In this document: positions 39,509 to 49,541 of the stretch, piece by piece | Layout of the letters: the number at the start of each line of letters is the position of its first letter | Position numbering within the stretch: position 1 is the stretch's first letter | DNA from: Ruminococcus sp. | GTDB lineage: Bacteria > Bacillota > Clostridia > Lachnospirales > Lachnospiraceae | Length of the DNA: 64,000 nucleotides | Direction: 5' to 3' | NCBI GenBank assembly: GCA_023663085.1 | Contig: JAMPIB010000001.1 | Coordinates: forward strand, 32,046-96,045 | Translations under genes and position numbers: made by a program | Notes under the pieces: model-generated | What the model saw: only the letters and a program-made list of their open reading frames with translations | Told to the model about the DNA's origin: nothing | The model's database searches: none

Positions 39509-40510
39509 ATGGGTAAAAAAAGCAGAAGAGGGTATTTTATTTTTAAAACGGTTTGTATAATCGGCTTCTTTGTCTGTGTGGCTTCGGCCTGCATTTTTGC
39601 AGAAACCATGACGACGGGAGACGAATATGTGGAGAAGGCGGCTGTCAAGGCGGCCAGAAGACCGCTGGGACTGGAAGTCGAAGAGGTGCAGACGGCGGAA
39701 TTTCTGCCGATGGCGGCCACGGTGCAGGAGCCGCAGATAGAAACGACGAAAGAGATCGTGGACGACAGTATTTTGAGCAATGTTCCAGCGGCCGACTATG
39801 CCTATTCTTTTAACAGGCAGATGGATGGCGCCAGAGTCGTCACCAGAACGGGAGATTATGGCGGATTTAACGAAGGAGCCTATCCGGAGGAGAATCTTGA
39901 AAAAGCGCCTTTATTTACCAGCGGTGTGGAAGGAGAGGCCATATATCTGGACGGAAGTTATGGTGTGGAACTGCCTGACGTAGCGCTGACTTCACCTTCT
40001 TATACGATTTCCTTCTGGATGAAGGCGGAAGAAATATATGACTGGTCTCCGTTTCTGGTGATCGGGTCGCATCTTACGCCATATGAAGAAAATAAGAACT
40101 ATATCTGCTTTAATAAAAAGACTTCCGAAGAGGGAGAAGATGTTCTGCCGGTCTTTAATACCATTAACGAGACATACAACAATTCCTGCGAGGTACGGCC
40201 TTCTCTGGAGGACAAGAAATGTATCTCTTTGAATGAATGGTATTATATCACGATCCGGGTAGACAGCTCGCAGGTATCGGAATCCGATCCGCAGAAGGTC
40301 ATGGCGTATCTGTATTTAAACAGCGAAATGATCGGCAGCAGCGAAGTTTCCAATATGGCTTTCGATATGGAAAATATGAAGGCTTATCTGGGAATTAACT
40401 GTACCGACAGGATGTTCCGGGCCTGCTATGACGAGGTGCGTATCTGGAACAGCCTGCTGGATGAAAACCAGATCACGAATATGTATATGGCTTATATCAA
40501 TGCCGAATAA
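39509..40510 (+). CDS. Secreted LamG/concanavalin-like jelly-roll domain protein
   Basis: An N-terminal signal or TM segment and a C-terminal laminin-G_3-like pattern (ISFWMKAEE...DEVRIWNSLL). Confidence 0.4.
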   Translation: MGKKSRRGYFIFKTVCIIGFFVCVASACIFAETMTTGDEYVEKAAVKAARRPLGLEVEEVQTAEFLPMAATVQEPQIETTKEIVDDSILSNVPAADYAYSFNRQMDGARVVTRTGDYGGFNEGAYPEENLEKAPLFTSGVEGEAIYLDGSYGVELPDVALTSPSYTISFWMKAEEIYDWSPFLVIGSHLTPYEENKNYICFNKKTSEEGEDVLPVFNTINETYNNSCEVRPSLEDKKCISLNEWYYITIRVDSSQVSESDPQKVMAYLYLNSEMIGSSEVSNMAFDMENMKAYLGINCTDRMFRACYDEVRIWNSLLDENQITNMYMAYINAE

Positions 40511-40636
40511 GCCGGCATGGATGAAAATTGGCAGGGAGATTAAGGAAAAAAAGAAAGTGTCCGATATATAAATCACAAGGGATGGCTGCATCCGGCCGGA
40601 CGGTCATTCCTTGAATTTATAAGTCTGACCACGGAT

Positions 40637-40681
40637 GGTATTTTTTATGGAAAAGGATTTTCCGGAAAAATACCTTTTTTT
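40637..40681 (+). terminator. Rho-independent terminator (nested hairpin plus T7 run)
   Basis: ggtattttt (40637-40645) pairs with aaaaatacc (40666-40674) around an inner ggaaaa-gga-ttttcc mini-hairpin, followed by TTTTTTT. Confidence 0.55.
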
Positions 40682-40728
40682 ATGCCATTTTTGTGCCATT
40701 CGGGGGGAAAGACAAAAAGGAGGTATCA

Positions 40729-41787
40729 TTGCGAATCAGTTCCAGTAGTATAGGAATGGAATCCGCCAGAAGTTATTCTTCTGTAACAGTACGAAGTGCC
40801 CGCGCATACCGGGGCACGACCAAGGGCCTGACAACCGGAAATGGATTTCTTGGAAGCTTTTGGGGAATGAATGATGAAGCACAGGACACGGAAGAAAGTA
40901 GTAATGCGCAGACTGCTTTACAGGATGTCTCGCTTCATATGAGCAACTTGTCTAATACAAGCTGGCTCAGAGCACGTAGTGAAGAGGAGGAGGCCAGGGA
41001 GACGATAAGACAGCACTGTATGAAGTTTCTGATGTATCTGCTGTTTGGAGACGAGCACAGGAAAGAACTGGATGATTATTTCGGGATCAGCACAGCTTCT
41101 TCGTCCCGGGTCGAATATCAGAACTACGGTGTTACACAGACATATTATCACTCCGAGACGGAAACGACATCTTTTGCCACGACCGGCGTTGTAAAGACTG
41201 CCGATGGCAGAGAGATCAGTTTCGGACTCAATCTGGAGATGAGCAGAAGTTTTACGGAATATTACGAGGAAAATTATGATGTCGGCGTACTGCATTGCAC
41301 AGACCCCTTAGTCATTAATCTGAACGGAAATATTGCGGAACTTTCTGACCAGACATTTTTCTTTGATCTGGATGGCGATGGGGAGAAGGAGGAGATTTCT
41401 TCTCTGGGAGCCGGCAGCGGTTATCTGGCCCTGGACCGGAATGAGGATGGTGTCATCAACGATGGCACAGAATTGTTCGGAACCAGATCCGGCAATGGTT
41501 TTGCAGATCTGGCCAGGTATGATGAGGATGGCAACGGCTGGATCGATGAAGATGATGCGATCTGGGATAAGCTGCTCATCTGGACGAAGGATGAAAACGG
41601 CAACGACAAACAGTATCATCTTTCGGAGGCGGGTGTAGGCGCGATCTGCCTGCAGAACAACCGGACAGAATTTGCTTTAAATTCCATGAAGGATAATCAC
41701 ACGAACGGTTTTATCAGAAACACCGGAATTTTCCTTTATGAAAACGGTAATGTCGGCACCGTACAGCATCTGGATCTGGTACGCTGA
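40729..41787 (+). CDS. Hypothetical protein with three Ca-binding-like DxDxDG (EF-hand/FG-GAP-like) motifs
   Basis: A TTG start 5 nt after AAAGGAGGT. It has a Ser/Thr-rich N-terminus and the repeated motifs DLDGDGEKEEIS, DRNEDGVINDGTEL and DEDGNGWIDEDD. It lies immediately upstream of the SpoIID-like gene. Confidence 0.45.
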   Translation: MRISSSSIGMESARSYSSVTVRSARAYRGTTKGLTTGNGFLGSFWGMNDEAQDTEESSNAQTALQDVSLHMSNLSNTSWLRARSEEEEARETIRQHCMKFLMYLLFGDEHRKELDDYFGISTASSSRVEYQNYGVTQTYYHSETETTSFATTGVVKTADGREISFGLNLEMSRSFTEYYEENYDVGVLHCTDPLVINLNGNIAELSDQTFFFDLDGDGEKEEISSLGAGSGYLALDRNEDGVINDGTELFGTRSGNGFADLARYDEDGNGWIDEDDAIWDKLLIWTKDENGNDKQYHLSEAGVGAICLQNNRTEFALNSMKDNHTNGFIRNTGIFLYENGNVGTVQHLDLVR

Positions 41788-41870
41788 TTTTAACTGCGGC
41801 AGCAAACTTTGTTCGAATTGCTTTAGTATGAACAGGGACACTTCAACATACAATGAAAAGAGGTGTCCAG

Positions 41871-42881
41871 ATGAATTTATTTAGAATCGTCCGAAAAAGA
41901 ACAAACAAAAGCGGGTATAACGGAAGTCCTTACCGGGACGTCCCGACTGTGCTTTTGTTTGTTTTTTTATTGCCCTATGTCATTTCCTGTCTGTGGGGAC
42001 ACAGCGGCGTGGAGACAGAATATGTCTTTGGAAAGGCGAAAGAGGAAGAGACGACTTATATAGATGAAGAATATGAGATAGTACTCAGTGGAAAACAGGG
42101 AACAAAACATATGACGATGCAGGAATATCTGCTGCGGAAATTAAAGATCACCATGCCTAAAAGTAAAGAGGGCATAATGTATGAGACAGAAGCTTTAAAA
42201 GCGCAGGCCATCCTTCTGCGTACAGAAGTGTGGGGATTTTTTCTTTCCGGGGAAAAAACAGTCGTGCTGGAAGATGACGTGAGCATGTATGAGCAGGAGG
42301 AAAGCTATAGCGGGGAAGAAGAGCAGTCTTATGCAGAGGCGGTCATGACAACAGATGGGATTTATCTGGCGTATGAGGGACAGCCTGTCAAGGCAGCTTT
42401 TTTTCCGGTCAGTAACGGACAGACACGGGATGCCGCCGAAGTCTGGACAGGGGACATTTATCCCTATCTGCGCCGGGTGGAATGTGAACAGGATATCCTG
42501 GCCGGAAACTATCAGAGTCTGATCGCTTATGATAAAAAAGAATACTGTCTGTTAATAGGAGAACTGTTTGATATGCAGGGGAAGGCGGAAGAGATCTGGG
42601 GAAATCTGGAGCTGACCCGCGACAGTTCGGAATATGTGATAAATGTAAAGATCAATGATCTGTCCTGCGACGGAGAGACGTTCCGCTATGCGCTGGGGCT
42701 GGCGTCCGCGGATTTCAGGGCACAGTGGGAGGAAGAAAGCGTTACTTTTCATGTAAAAGGAGCCGGACACGGCTTCGGGCTAAGCCAGTATGGGGCGAAT
42801 CAAAAAGCTGTTTCGGGAGATACGTTTAACCAGATATTGGCAGCTTACTTTTTTCAGGCAGAATTAGTAAAAATTGAATAA
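41871..42881 (+). CDS. SpoIID/LytB-domain protein (stage II sporulation protein D-like lytic transglycosylase)
   Basis: SpoIID-type motifs (EALKAQAILLRTE and GAGHGFGLSQYGA), a TM near the N-terminus, and AAGAGGTG 6 nt before the ATG at 41871. Confidence 0.7.
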   Translation: MNLFRIVRKRTNKSGYNGSPYRDVPTVLLFVFLLPYVISCLWGHSGVETEYVFGKAKEEETTYIDEEYEIVLSGKQGTKHMTMQEYLLRKLKITMPKSKEGIMYETEALKAQAILLRTEVWGFFLSGEKTVVLEDDVSMYEQEESYSGEEEQSYAEAVMTTDGIYLAYEGQPVKAAFFPVSNGQTRDAAEVWTGDIYPYLRRVECEQDILAGNYQSLIAYDKKEYCLLIGELFDMQGKAEEIWGNLELTRDSSEYVINVKINDLSCDGETFRYALGLASADFRAQWEEESVTFHVKGAGHGFGLSQYGANQKAVSGDTFNQILAAYFFQAELVKIE

Positions 42882-42963
42882 TATGTCATATTCGGGTAAG
42901 ACTAAACACCAGAAATTATTTCTTAAAAAATCCGGAAGGATAACAGGAGGCAGAGTTTAAGTT

Positions 42964-43932
42964 ATGAGTATGAGAAGAAATAGAAATGGTGTTAGAAAAG
43001 AACGGATCATCATGTTGGCTTCATCGGCCCTGGTACTGACGGCACTGACGGTCACGGGCGTCTTTGTCAGAAGCAGCAGACAGAAGGAAGAAGAAAGCAA
43101 CGTGATAGATTTCAGTGTGATTGAAAGCGGCATCACAGAGAGTGCGGACAGTTCGCTTACCGGAGAAGATCTGGATACCATTTTTGCCGAGGTAGGCACG
43201 GATGATCTGGATTATGACCCGAATTTCCAGGAGGCTAATTCCGACAGAGTAGAGAACCCGAATGCCCTGAGTGCTCTTACAGGCAAGGATAAAGAGGCGG
43301 AAGATAAGCAGGAACCGGAGAATGGGGCTGATGCCGATACCGGGGTGCAGAGCAGAAAGGATACAAAGAAGGAAGAACAGGAAGATTCCGCAGAGTCAGA
43401 TACTGATAAAAAAGAAGAAGACGAAGAAGGCATGATAGATGAGTCACAGGAGACCATGGCCGAAGAACCCGAAGATACGGAGGCGATCGCAACTACCGTA
43501 CAGCCGGTTCTGGATTTTAACGAAGAGGATGGGCTGATATGGCCGATCGTCGGAGATATCCTGATCAATTACAGTATGGACAAGACTATTTATTTCCCGA
43601 CATTGCAGCAGTATAAATATCACCCGGCTATTGTGATCTCGGCAACGGAAGGCGAGAATATCTCTGCGGCGGCGGATGCCAGAGTGATCTCCGTATCCTA
43701 CGATACACAGCTTGGCAATACCGTAGTCATGGATCTGGGAAACCAGTATGAACTGACCTATGGACAGCTGGCCAATATCACAGTGACCGAAGGCAGCTAT
43801 GTAGCAAAAGGCGATATTATCGGAAGTGTGGCTTCGCCAACGAAATATTACAGCACGGAAGGCGCCAATGTTTATTTTAAACTGACCAAAGCCGGAGAGC
43901 CGGTCAATCCTATGACGCAGCTGAAAAATTAA
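42964..43932 (+). CDS. Membrane-anchored degenerate LytM (M23) domain protein, SpoIIQ-like
   Basis: An N-terminal TM, a long acidic linker and a C-terminal LytM fold lacking the catalytic His residues (VVMDLGNQYELTYGQL; GANVYFKL). Confidence 0.5.
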   Translation: MSMRRNRNGVRKERIIMLASSALVLTALTVTGVFVRSSRQKEEESNVIDFSVIESGITESADSSLTGEDLDTIFAEVGTDDLDYDPNFQEANSDRVENPNALSALTGKDKEAEDKQEPENGADADTGVQSRKDTKKEEQEDSAESDTDKKEEDEEGMIDESQETMAEEPEDTEAIATTVQPVLDFNEEDGLIWPIVGDILINYSMDKTIYFPTLQQYKYHPAIVISATEGENISAAADARVISVSYDTQLGNTVVMDLGNQYELTYGQLANITVTEGSYVAKGDIIGSVASPTKYYSTEGANVYFKLTKAGEPVNPMTQLKN

Positions 43933-43953
43933 AGTATGGGAAAGGGAAGGAAG

Positions 43954-45141
43954 ATGCTGACGATCATTCATGGAAAAGTCAAGACTATGGCGGATACAGA
44001 CTACGAAAACGGTTTTATCTGTATTGAAGATGGCAGGATAAGCGCTATCGGCGATATGAAAGATTATTATACAACAAACGTGTGTAAAGATGATATGGAA
44101 GGTAATATCATTCTCGATGCACAGGGAAATATCGTCATGCCGGGGATCATCGAGGCACACTGTCATATGGGCATCACCGAGGAAAAAAAGGGTATGGAAG
44201 GCGATGACTGCAACGAAAACGTCGATCCCATCACACCATATCTGCGCGCCATAGATGCGATTAACCCTATGGACGCGGCATTTGATGATGCGCTGCGTGC
44301 CGGCATCACTTCCGCTATGGTGGGGCCGGGGAGTTCTAACGTAGTCGGCGGACAGTTCGCCTTTATCAAAACCCATGGCCGCTGTATCGACAAGATGATC
44401 GTCAAGGCGCCGGCCGCCATGAAAATTGCCTTCGGAGAAAATCCGAAGGTGAATTTTTCGGGGCAGAATGTCTCTCCGGCCACCAGAATGGCTATTGCGG
44501 CCATGCTCAGAGAGGAACTTTTTAAGGCCAGAGCTTATCAGAAGAAACGGGAGAGCGATAAAAATACGGAGCAGGATTTCCGCTATGAATGCTGGCTGCC
44601 GGTACTGCGCGGCCAGATTCCCCTAAAGGCGCATGTACACCGCGCTGACGATATCCTCACGGCCATCCGTATCGCCAGAGAGTTTGGTCTGTCTATGACG
44701 TTAGACCATTGCAGCGAAGGACATCTGATCGCAGAGGAGATAAAAGAAAGCGGTTTTCCGGCTATTGTAGGCCCCGATATGGCCAGCAGGAATAAGATAG
44801 AAGTCCAGAATATGGCTTTTAAGACCGTCGGTATCTTAAACAGAGCGGGCATCTGTACGGCTGTTACCACCGATCATCCGGTCTCCATGATACAGTTTCT
44901 GCCGATCTGTGCAGGGCTGGCTGTCAAATCCGGTCTTCCCGAAGACGAGGGACTGCGCAGTATAACAATCAATGCGGCGAACATCTGCGGCGTTGCAGAC
45001 CGGGTAGGCAGTCTGGAAGTAGGAAAAGACGGGGATGTTGTCATCTTCGATGGCAGTCCGTTGGAAGTCGCATCCAGAGCCTTATGCACGATCATAGAAG
45101 GAAAAATTGTATATCATGATGAAAAAGCAGATTTTTTATGA
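43954..45141 (+). CDS. Amidohydrolase-family metal-dependent hydrolase
   Basis: The HxH metal-binding motif (IEAHCHMG) and a (beta/alpha)8 amidohydrolase fold, with GGAAGGAAG before the ATG at 43954. Confidence 0.65.
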   Translation: MLTIIHGKVKTMADTDYENGFICIEDGRISAIGDMKDYYTTNVCKDDMEGNIILDAQGNIVMPGIIEAHCHMGITEEKKGMEGDDCNENVDPITPYLRAIDAINPMDAAFDDALRAGITSAMVGPGSSNVVGGQFAFIKTHGRCIDKMIVKAPAAMKIAFGENPKVNFSGQNVSPATRMAIAAMLREELFKARAYQKKRESDKNTEQDFRYECWLPVLRGQIPLKAHVHRADDILTAIRIAREFGLSMTLDHCSEGHLIAEEIKESGFPAIVGPDMASRNKIEVQNMAFKTVGILNRAGICTAVTTDHPVSMIQFLPICAGLAVKSGLPEDEGLRSITINAANICGVADRVGSLEVGKDGDVVIFDGSPLEVASRALCTIIEGKIVYHDEKADFL

Positions 45142-45189
45142 TAAGATAGGTTATATAACAGAGAATCATAAAAAGACTGAAAGATAAGG

Positions 45190-46782
45190 TTGAGAAATAA
45201 GATGAAGAGAAAATATACAAACAGTGCCATGGCTATACTGCTTGGCGTCATGATGCTGTCCGGCTGCGAGGGCCTGGAGTCTCCGCCGGCTGGAACAGCC
45301 GATGCCGGGCAGGAAGAAGAAATAGAAAGTCTGGGGCTGGTTCCGGAATTTAATTATGAAGTGCCGGTGAGCCTTCCGGATATCATGATAGATCAGGTGG
45401 GATATGCTCTGAAAAGCAATAAAATTGCAGTATTCCGGGGGGAAGTACTGCCCGATACATATGATCTTATCGACGCCGAAACGGAAGAAGTTGTTTATAC
45501 CGGCTCCGTTAAGCGAAAAGGCTATAATATCCTGACGGAAGAAGTCATAAGCTATGGTGATTTTTCAGATTTTGCACGGCCGGGGACTTACTATCTCCAG
45601 GCTGATATCATCGGGCGTTCCTATCCTTTTGTGATCGCGGACAACCCTTATTCTGACATTTTTACCGGAGCGCTGAAATGTTATTATTATAATCGCTGCG
45701 GCCTGATGCTCTCGAATGAACTGGCCGGTGATAAGGCGCATAATGCCTGTCATACGAAGACGGCGCTGTTAAAAGAAGATACGACGGTGGAACTGGATGT
45801 TTCGGGCGGATGGCATATTGATGAAAACGGCCAGAGAGACGTGATAAAGGGCTGTCAGGCCATTGATAACCTGCTTTTGGCGTATGAACTGTACGGAAGT
45901 GTTTTTACGGACGGGATCGGCATACCGGAGAGCGGCAACGATATTCCGGATATATTGGATGAAGTAAAGTATGAGATAGACTGGCTTTTGAAAATGCAGG
46001 ATGCGGCAAGCGGCGCTGTCTATTCCGCTGTCAGCATGATAAATAATCCTGACTCCACCTATCAGATGTATGTTGATTCTGTCTCCATGGATGCGACAAT
46101 TCATTTTGCGGCCACGATGGCCAAATTCAGCTATCTTTACCAGAGCTACGACATGGACTTTGCGACACAATGCCTGCGGGCCGCCGACAGGGCATACCGC
46201 TACGCCGAAAATTATCCGCAGGATGCGTCCGCAGAAGCTTTTTTCTATGCGGCGGCGGAATTGTACCGTGCAACGGGCAATTACAGTTATCGCAATGTCA
46301 TTCATCAGTATTTAAATGATAACGAAGTTGTGGATATGGGAAATGACCCTGTTTTCTGGGGATGTGTGACTTATCTGTCCACCAAACAGCGCGTGGACGT
46401 CAATCTGTGTGAGAAGGTCATCAAGATACTGCTTTCGGATGTGGAAGATATCTCTTATGCCTCCAAAAACTCCAAGTATCTGACAGAGGGCAATAAAGAG
46501 CAGACCAATAACCGGGAACTGCTGCAGAAAATGGTGCGGCTGGCGGTTGTCGATCATATCATCACCAATCACGAATATATGACGGTCTTAGAGAACCATC
46601 TGCATTATTTTCTGGGCCGCAACGGACTCTCGATCAGTTATATCGACGATACGGGGAGCCGGAACTATGACGTGATTGATGAAAAAACGGGCATTATGAA
46701 GCAGATTGATTCCAACGCGGAACTTATTGTGATACTCAGTACCATCGAGGCGGAACTTGACGGGAGCGGGGAGAATACCTGA
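45190..46782 (+). CDS. GH9-like (alpha/alpha)6-barrel lipoprotein with an N-terminal Ig-like (CelD_N-type) domain
   Basis: A lipobox (LSGC), GH9-like segments (DVSGGWH..., DEVKYEIDWLLKMQDAASGAVY) and an aromatic-rich C-terminal barrel. The canonical DAGD catalytic motif appears substituted (HIDENGQRD). Confidence 0.45.
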   Translation: MRNKMKRKYTNSAMAILLGVMMLSGCEGLESPPAGTADAGQEEEIESLGLVPEFNYEVPVSLPDIMIDQVGYALKSNKIAVFRGEVLPDTYDLIDAETEEVVYTGSVKRKGYNILTEEVISYGDFSDFARPGTYYLQADIIGRSYPFVIADNPYSDIFTGALKCYYYNRCGLMLSNELAGDKAHNACHTKTALLKEDTTVELDVSGGWHIDENGQRDVIKGCQAIDNLLLAYELYGSVFTDGIGIPESGNDIPDILDEVKYEIDWLLKMQDAASGAVYSAVSMINNPDSTYQMYVDSVSMDATIHFAATMAKFSYLYQSYDMDFATQCLRAADRAYRYAENYPQDASAEAFFYAAAELYRATGNYSYRNVIHQYLNDNEVVDMGNDPVFWGCVTYLSTKQRVDVNLCEKVIKILLSDVEDISYASKNSKYLTEGNKEQTNNRELLQKMVRLAVVDHIITNHEYMTVLENHLHYFLGRNGLSISYIDDTGSRNYDVIDEKTGIMKQIDSNAELIVILSTIEAELDGSGENT

Positions 46783-46808
46783 AGTACAGGCATTCTCCCC
46801 CATATTTT
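46768..46808. terminator. Bidirectional terminator hairpin of the GGGAGAAT family between convergent genes
   Basis: ggggagaatacc / ggcattctcccc (one mismatch) with the loop tgaagtaca, which contains the GH9 stop codon. It is followed by catattttta. Confidence 0.45.
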
Positions 46809-47542
46809 TATACAAGTTCCTTATTCTTAAAATACATCTCCTTAATGATCTCCTGTACCTTCGCGCCGATGCCTTTCTTTTCTTCCCTCGTCATTTCGCT
46901 CATATAAATGGGTTTGCCGTATTCGAGAACGACATGCGTCTTTTTGATCTTCGGAAGATGGTCTTCAAAAATATCCGCCGCATTGTTGATACTCATGGGC
47001 ACGATCGGACAGCCGGTCTTTTCGGCAATCTTAAAACTGCCTTCATGGAACGGCAGGAAAGTGTCGTTTACCTTGTTTCTGGTCCCTTCCGGGAAAATGC
47101 AGATGGAGATGCCGGAATTTACTTTTTCAATACCCTCTAAAATCGTTTTCATCCCCTGTTTGATATCCTTGCGGTCTAAGAACAGACAGTGCAGATATTT
47201 CATCCAGTCGCGCAGAAGCGGGTAGCGCAGCATTTCTTTCTTGGCAATATAGCCGGTCGGTCTTGGAACCCGGACATAAGTCATGAGGATATCGAAATAA
47301 CTGCGATGGTTGCCGATGTAGAGAACCGCCTTGTCTTTTGGGACATTTTCTTCCCCGATCACCGTGATCTTCGTACCGGCCAGAAATAAGCAGCAGCGGA
47401 ATGCCCAGTTGACAATGGCTAACGACGAGCGGTTCTTTACGTCCATATTAAACTTTCCGATAAAAAATTCTATAATAAGTAACGGTATGCTGCCGACTAA
47501 AAACAGCAGGACAAACAAAACAACCAGAATAAAGCGAATCAT
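46808..47542 (-). CDS. plsC: 1-acyl-sn-glycerol-3-phosphate acyltransferase
   Basis: The acyltransferase HX4D motif (NHRSYFD), an N-terminal TM, and the FPEGTR motif. Confidence 0.85.
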   Translation of the reverse strand: MIRFILVVLFVLLFLVGSIPLLIIEFFIGKFNMDVKNRSSLAIVNWAFRCCLFLAGTKITVIGEENVPKDKAVLYIGNHRSYFDILMTYVRVPRPTGYIAKKEMLRYPLLRDWMKYLHCLFLDRKDIKQGMKTILEGIEKVNSGISICIFPEGTRNKVNDTFLPFHEGSFKIAEKTGCPIVPMSINNAADIFEDHLPKIKKTHVVLEYGKPIYMSEMTREEKKGIGAKVQEIIKEMYFKNKELV

Positions 47543-47707
47543 ATAAATACCATACCTTTCTTAAAGTCCAAAGTATTGCAACTTGCCTTTTATTATAGCG
47601 AACTTCCCTTTTTTAATCAATAGGAATAGACTTTTCTCTTTGTTAATAAATTTATAGTAATTAAAGTGCATCGTGACAGATTCGCGTAGAAAGGAAAAAT
47701 AGTTACT

Positions 47708-48127
47708 ATGGTTGAACTGGGAAAAAGATTAGTGAGCATTGCGCTGGTGGCGCTGCTCTGTGCAGGTGTGATGGCCTGCGGAAAAAGCAAAGACCCTATG
47801 GAGAAGATCAAAGATCTGGAATTCAGTGTGATCCCGGAGGATAAGCTGCCGGAGGAACTGCTGAGCGCTATTGAGGAAAAAAAGGAATCGCCGTTTAAGA
47901 TGACTTTTCAGGATCAGGGATTTCTGTACATATGCGTCGGTTATGGCGTGCAGGAGACGGCCGGCTACAGTATCACGGTCAACGCGCTCTATGAGACGGG
48001 AAACGCCATTTATATCGACACCAATCTGATCGGGCCGGGCGCGGAAGAAAAGGGGAAGAATACGCCGACATATCCGTATATCGTGGTAAAGACGGAGAAT
48101 CTGGATAAGTCGGTCGTATTTGACTAA
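47708..48127 (+). CDS. Small lipoprotein (PrcB-like/unknown)
   Basis: A lipobox (VMACG); 139 aa; no confident domain. Confidence 0.45.
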   Translation: MVELGKRLVSIALVALLCAGVMACGKSKDPMEKIKDLEFSVIPEDKLPEELLSAIEEKKESPFKMTFQDQGFLYICVGYGVQETAGYSITVNALYETGNAIYIDTNLIGPGAEEKGKNTPTYPYIVVKTENLDKSVVFD

Positions 48128-48194
48128 AGAGTGGCGTTTGCGGAAAGTTTGTGATACACTTGTCTTAGTGAGTCCGCATGAGGAGGCAGAAGCA

Positions 48195-49517
48195 ATGCTG
48201 CATATTATAAACGGTTATCTCATAGACCCGGAATCGCGCCGGGAAGGATACTATGATCTGTTGATAAAAGAAGATAAGATAGCGGCGATCGCCGAAAAGG
48301 GCACAGCACTCTCGGAGATACCTGAGCAGGCAGATGTAGCAAAGTCCGTGTCAGCCGCCGAATCCGACGTCACCACCATAGACGCCGCCGGAAAAATTAT
48401 CGCGCCGGGTCTGGTGGATGTGCATGTGCATTTCAGGGATCCGGGATTTACTTATAAAGAAGACATCCTAAGCGGCGCGGCGGCGGCGGCGAAAGGCGGT
48501 TTTACGAGCGTCGTGCTGATGGCCAATACGAAACCGCCTGTCGATAATGAAGAAACTCTGGCTTATGTTTTGCAAAAAGGCAGCGAAACCGGGCTCCATG
48601 TGCATACCTGTGCCAATGTGACCAAAGGCATGAAAGGGCAGGAACTTGTGGATATGGAGGCTTTATCCCGTGCAGGAGCGGCCGGATTTACGGATGACGG
48701 CATACCGCTAATGGAAGAGGACGTACTGCGCAGGGCGCTGCAAATGGCGGCAAAACTGCATAAGCCGGTCAGTCTGCACGAAGAAAATCCCGCATATATT
48801 AAAAATAACGGTATCCATGCAGGAGCCGCGTCTGCACATTTTGGTATCGGCGGTTCGCCAAGAGAAGCGGAGATCAGCATGGTTGAACGGGATATTCAGA
48901 TAGCGCTGACGCAGGAGGCCGATCTGTCCATTCAGCATATCAGTACGAAAGAGGCGGTGGAACTGGTGCGGCAGGCGAAAAAAAAGAGCGCGCATATTTT
49001 TGCAGAAGCGACGCCGCATCATTTTACACTGACGCAGGAGGCGGCGATAAAACACGGGACGTTGGCGAAGATGAATCCGCCGCTCCGGGAAGAGAGCGAC
49101 AGACTGGCTATCATAGAAGGGCTGCGGGATGGTACGATAGATATGATCGCTACCGACCACGCGCCGCACAGTAAAGAAGAGAAAGCAAAGCCGCTCACAG
49201 AAGCGCCGAGCGGCATCATCGGCCTGGAAACGGCGTTGTCGTTAGGAATCCGCGAACTGGTAGAGCCGGGCGCTCTGACGCTGATGGAACTTATCGAGAA
49301 AATGAGTCTGGCACCGGCGAAGCTCTATCATCTGGAGGCCGGACGCATCATAGAAAATGGCCCGGCGGATCTGGTCATCTTTGATAAGGACGCGGTGTGG
49401 AAGATGGAAGAAGAAACGATAGTCTCCAAAGCGCACAATTCACCGTTTATCGGCGAGAGGATGCCGGGCGTGGTCGCCTGGACGATATGCGGCGGCAAAA
49501 TAGTTTATAAGAACTAA
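48195..49517 (+). CDS. pyrC: Dihydroorotase
   Basis: The metal-binding motif (VDVHVHFRDPG) and an amidohydrolase fold, with AGGAGG 8 nt before the ATG at 48195. Confidence 0.85.
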   Translation: MLHIINGYLIDPESRREGYYDLLIKEDKIAAIAEKGTALSEIPEQADVAKSVSAAESDVTTIDAAGKIIAPGLVDVHVHFRDPGFTYKEDILSGAAAAAKGGFTSVVLMANTKPPVDNEETLAYVLQKGSETGLHVHTCANVTKGMKGQELVDMEALSRAGAAGFTDDGIPLMEEDVLRRALQMAAKLHKPVSLHEENPAYIKNNGIHAGAASAHFGIGGSPREAEISMVERDIQIALTQEADLSIQHISTKEAVELVRQAKKKSAHIFAEATPHHFTLTQEAAIKHGTLAKMNPPLREESDRLAIIEGLRDGTIDMIATDHAPHSKEEKAKPLTEAPSGIIGLETALSLGIRELVEPGALTLMELIEKMSLAPAKLYHLEAGRIIENGPADLVIFDKDAVWKMEEETIVSKAHNSPFIGERMPGVVAWTICGGKIVYKN

Positions 49518-49541
49518 GATCAAGAAAGGTATGGTCATATT

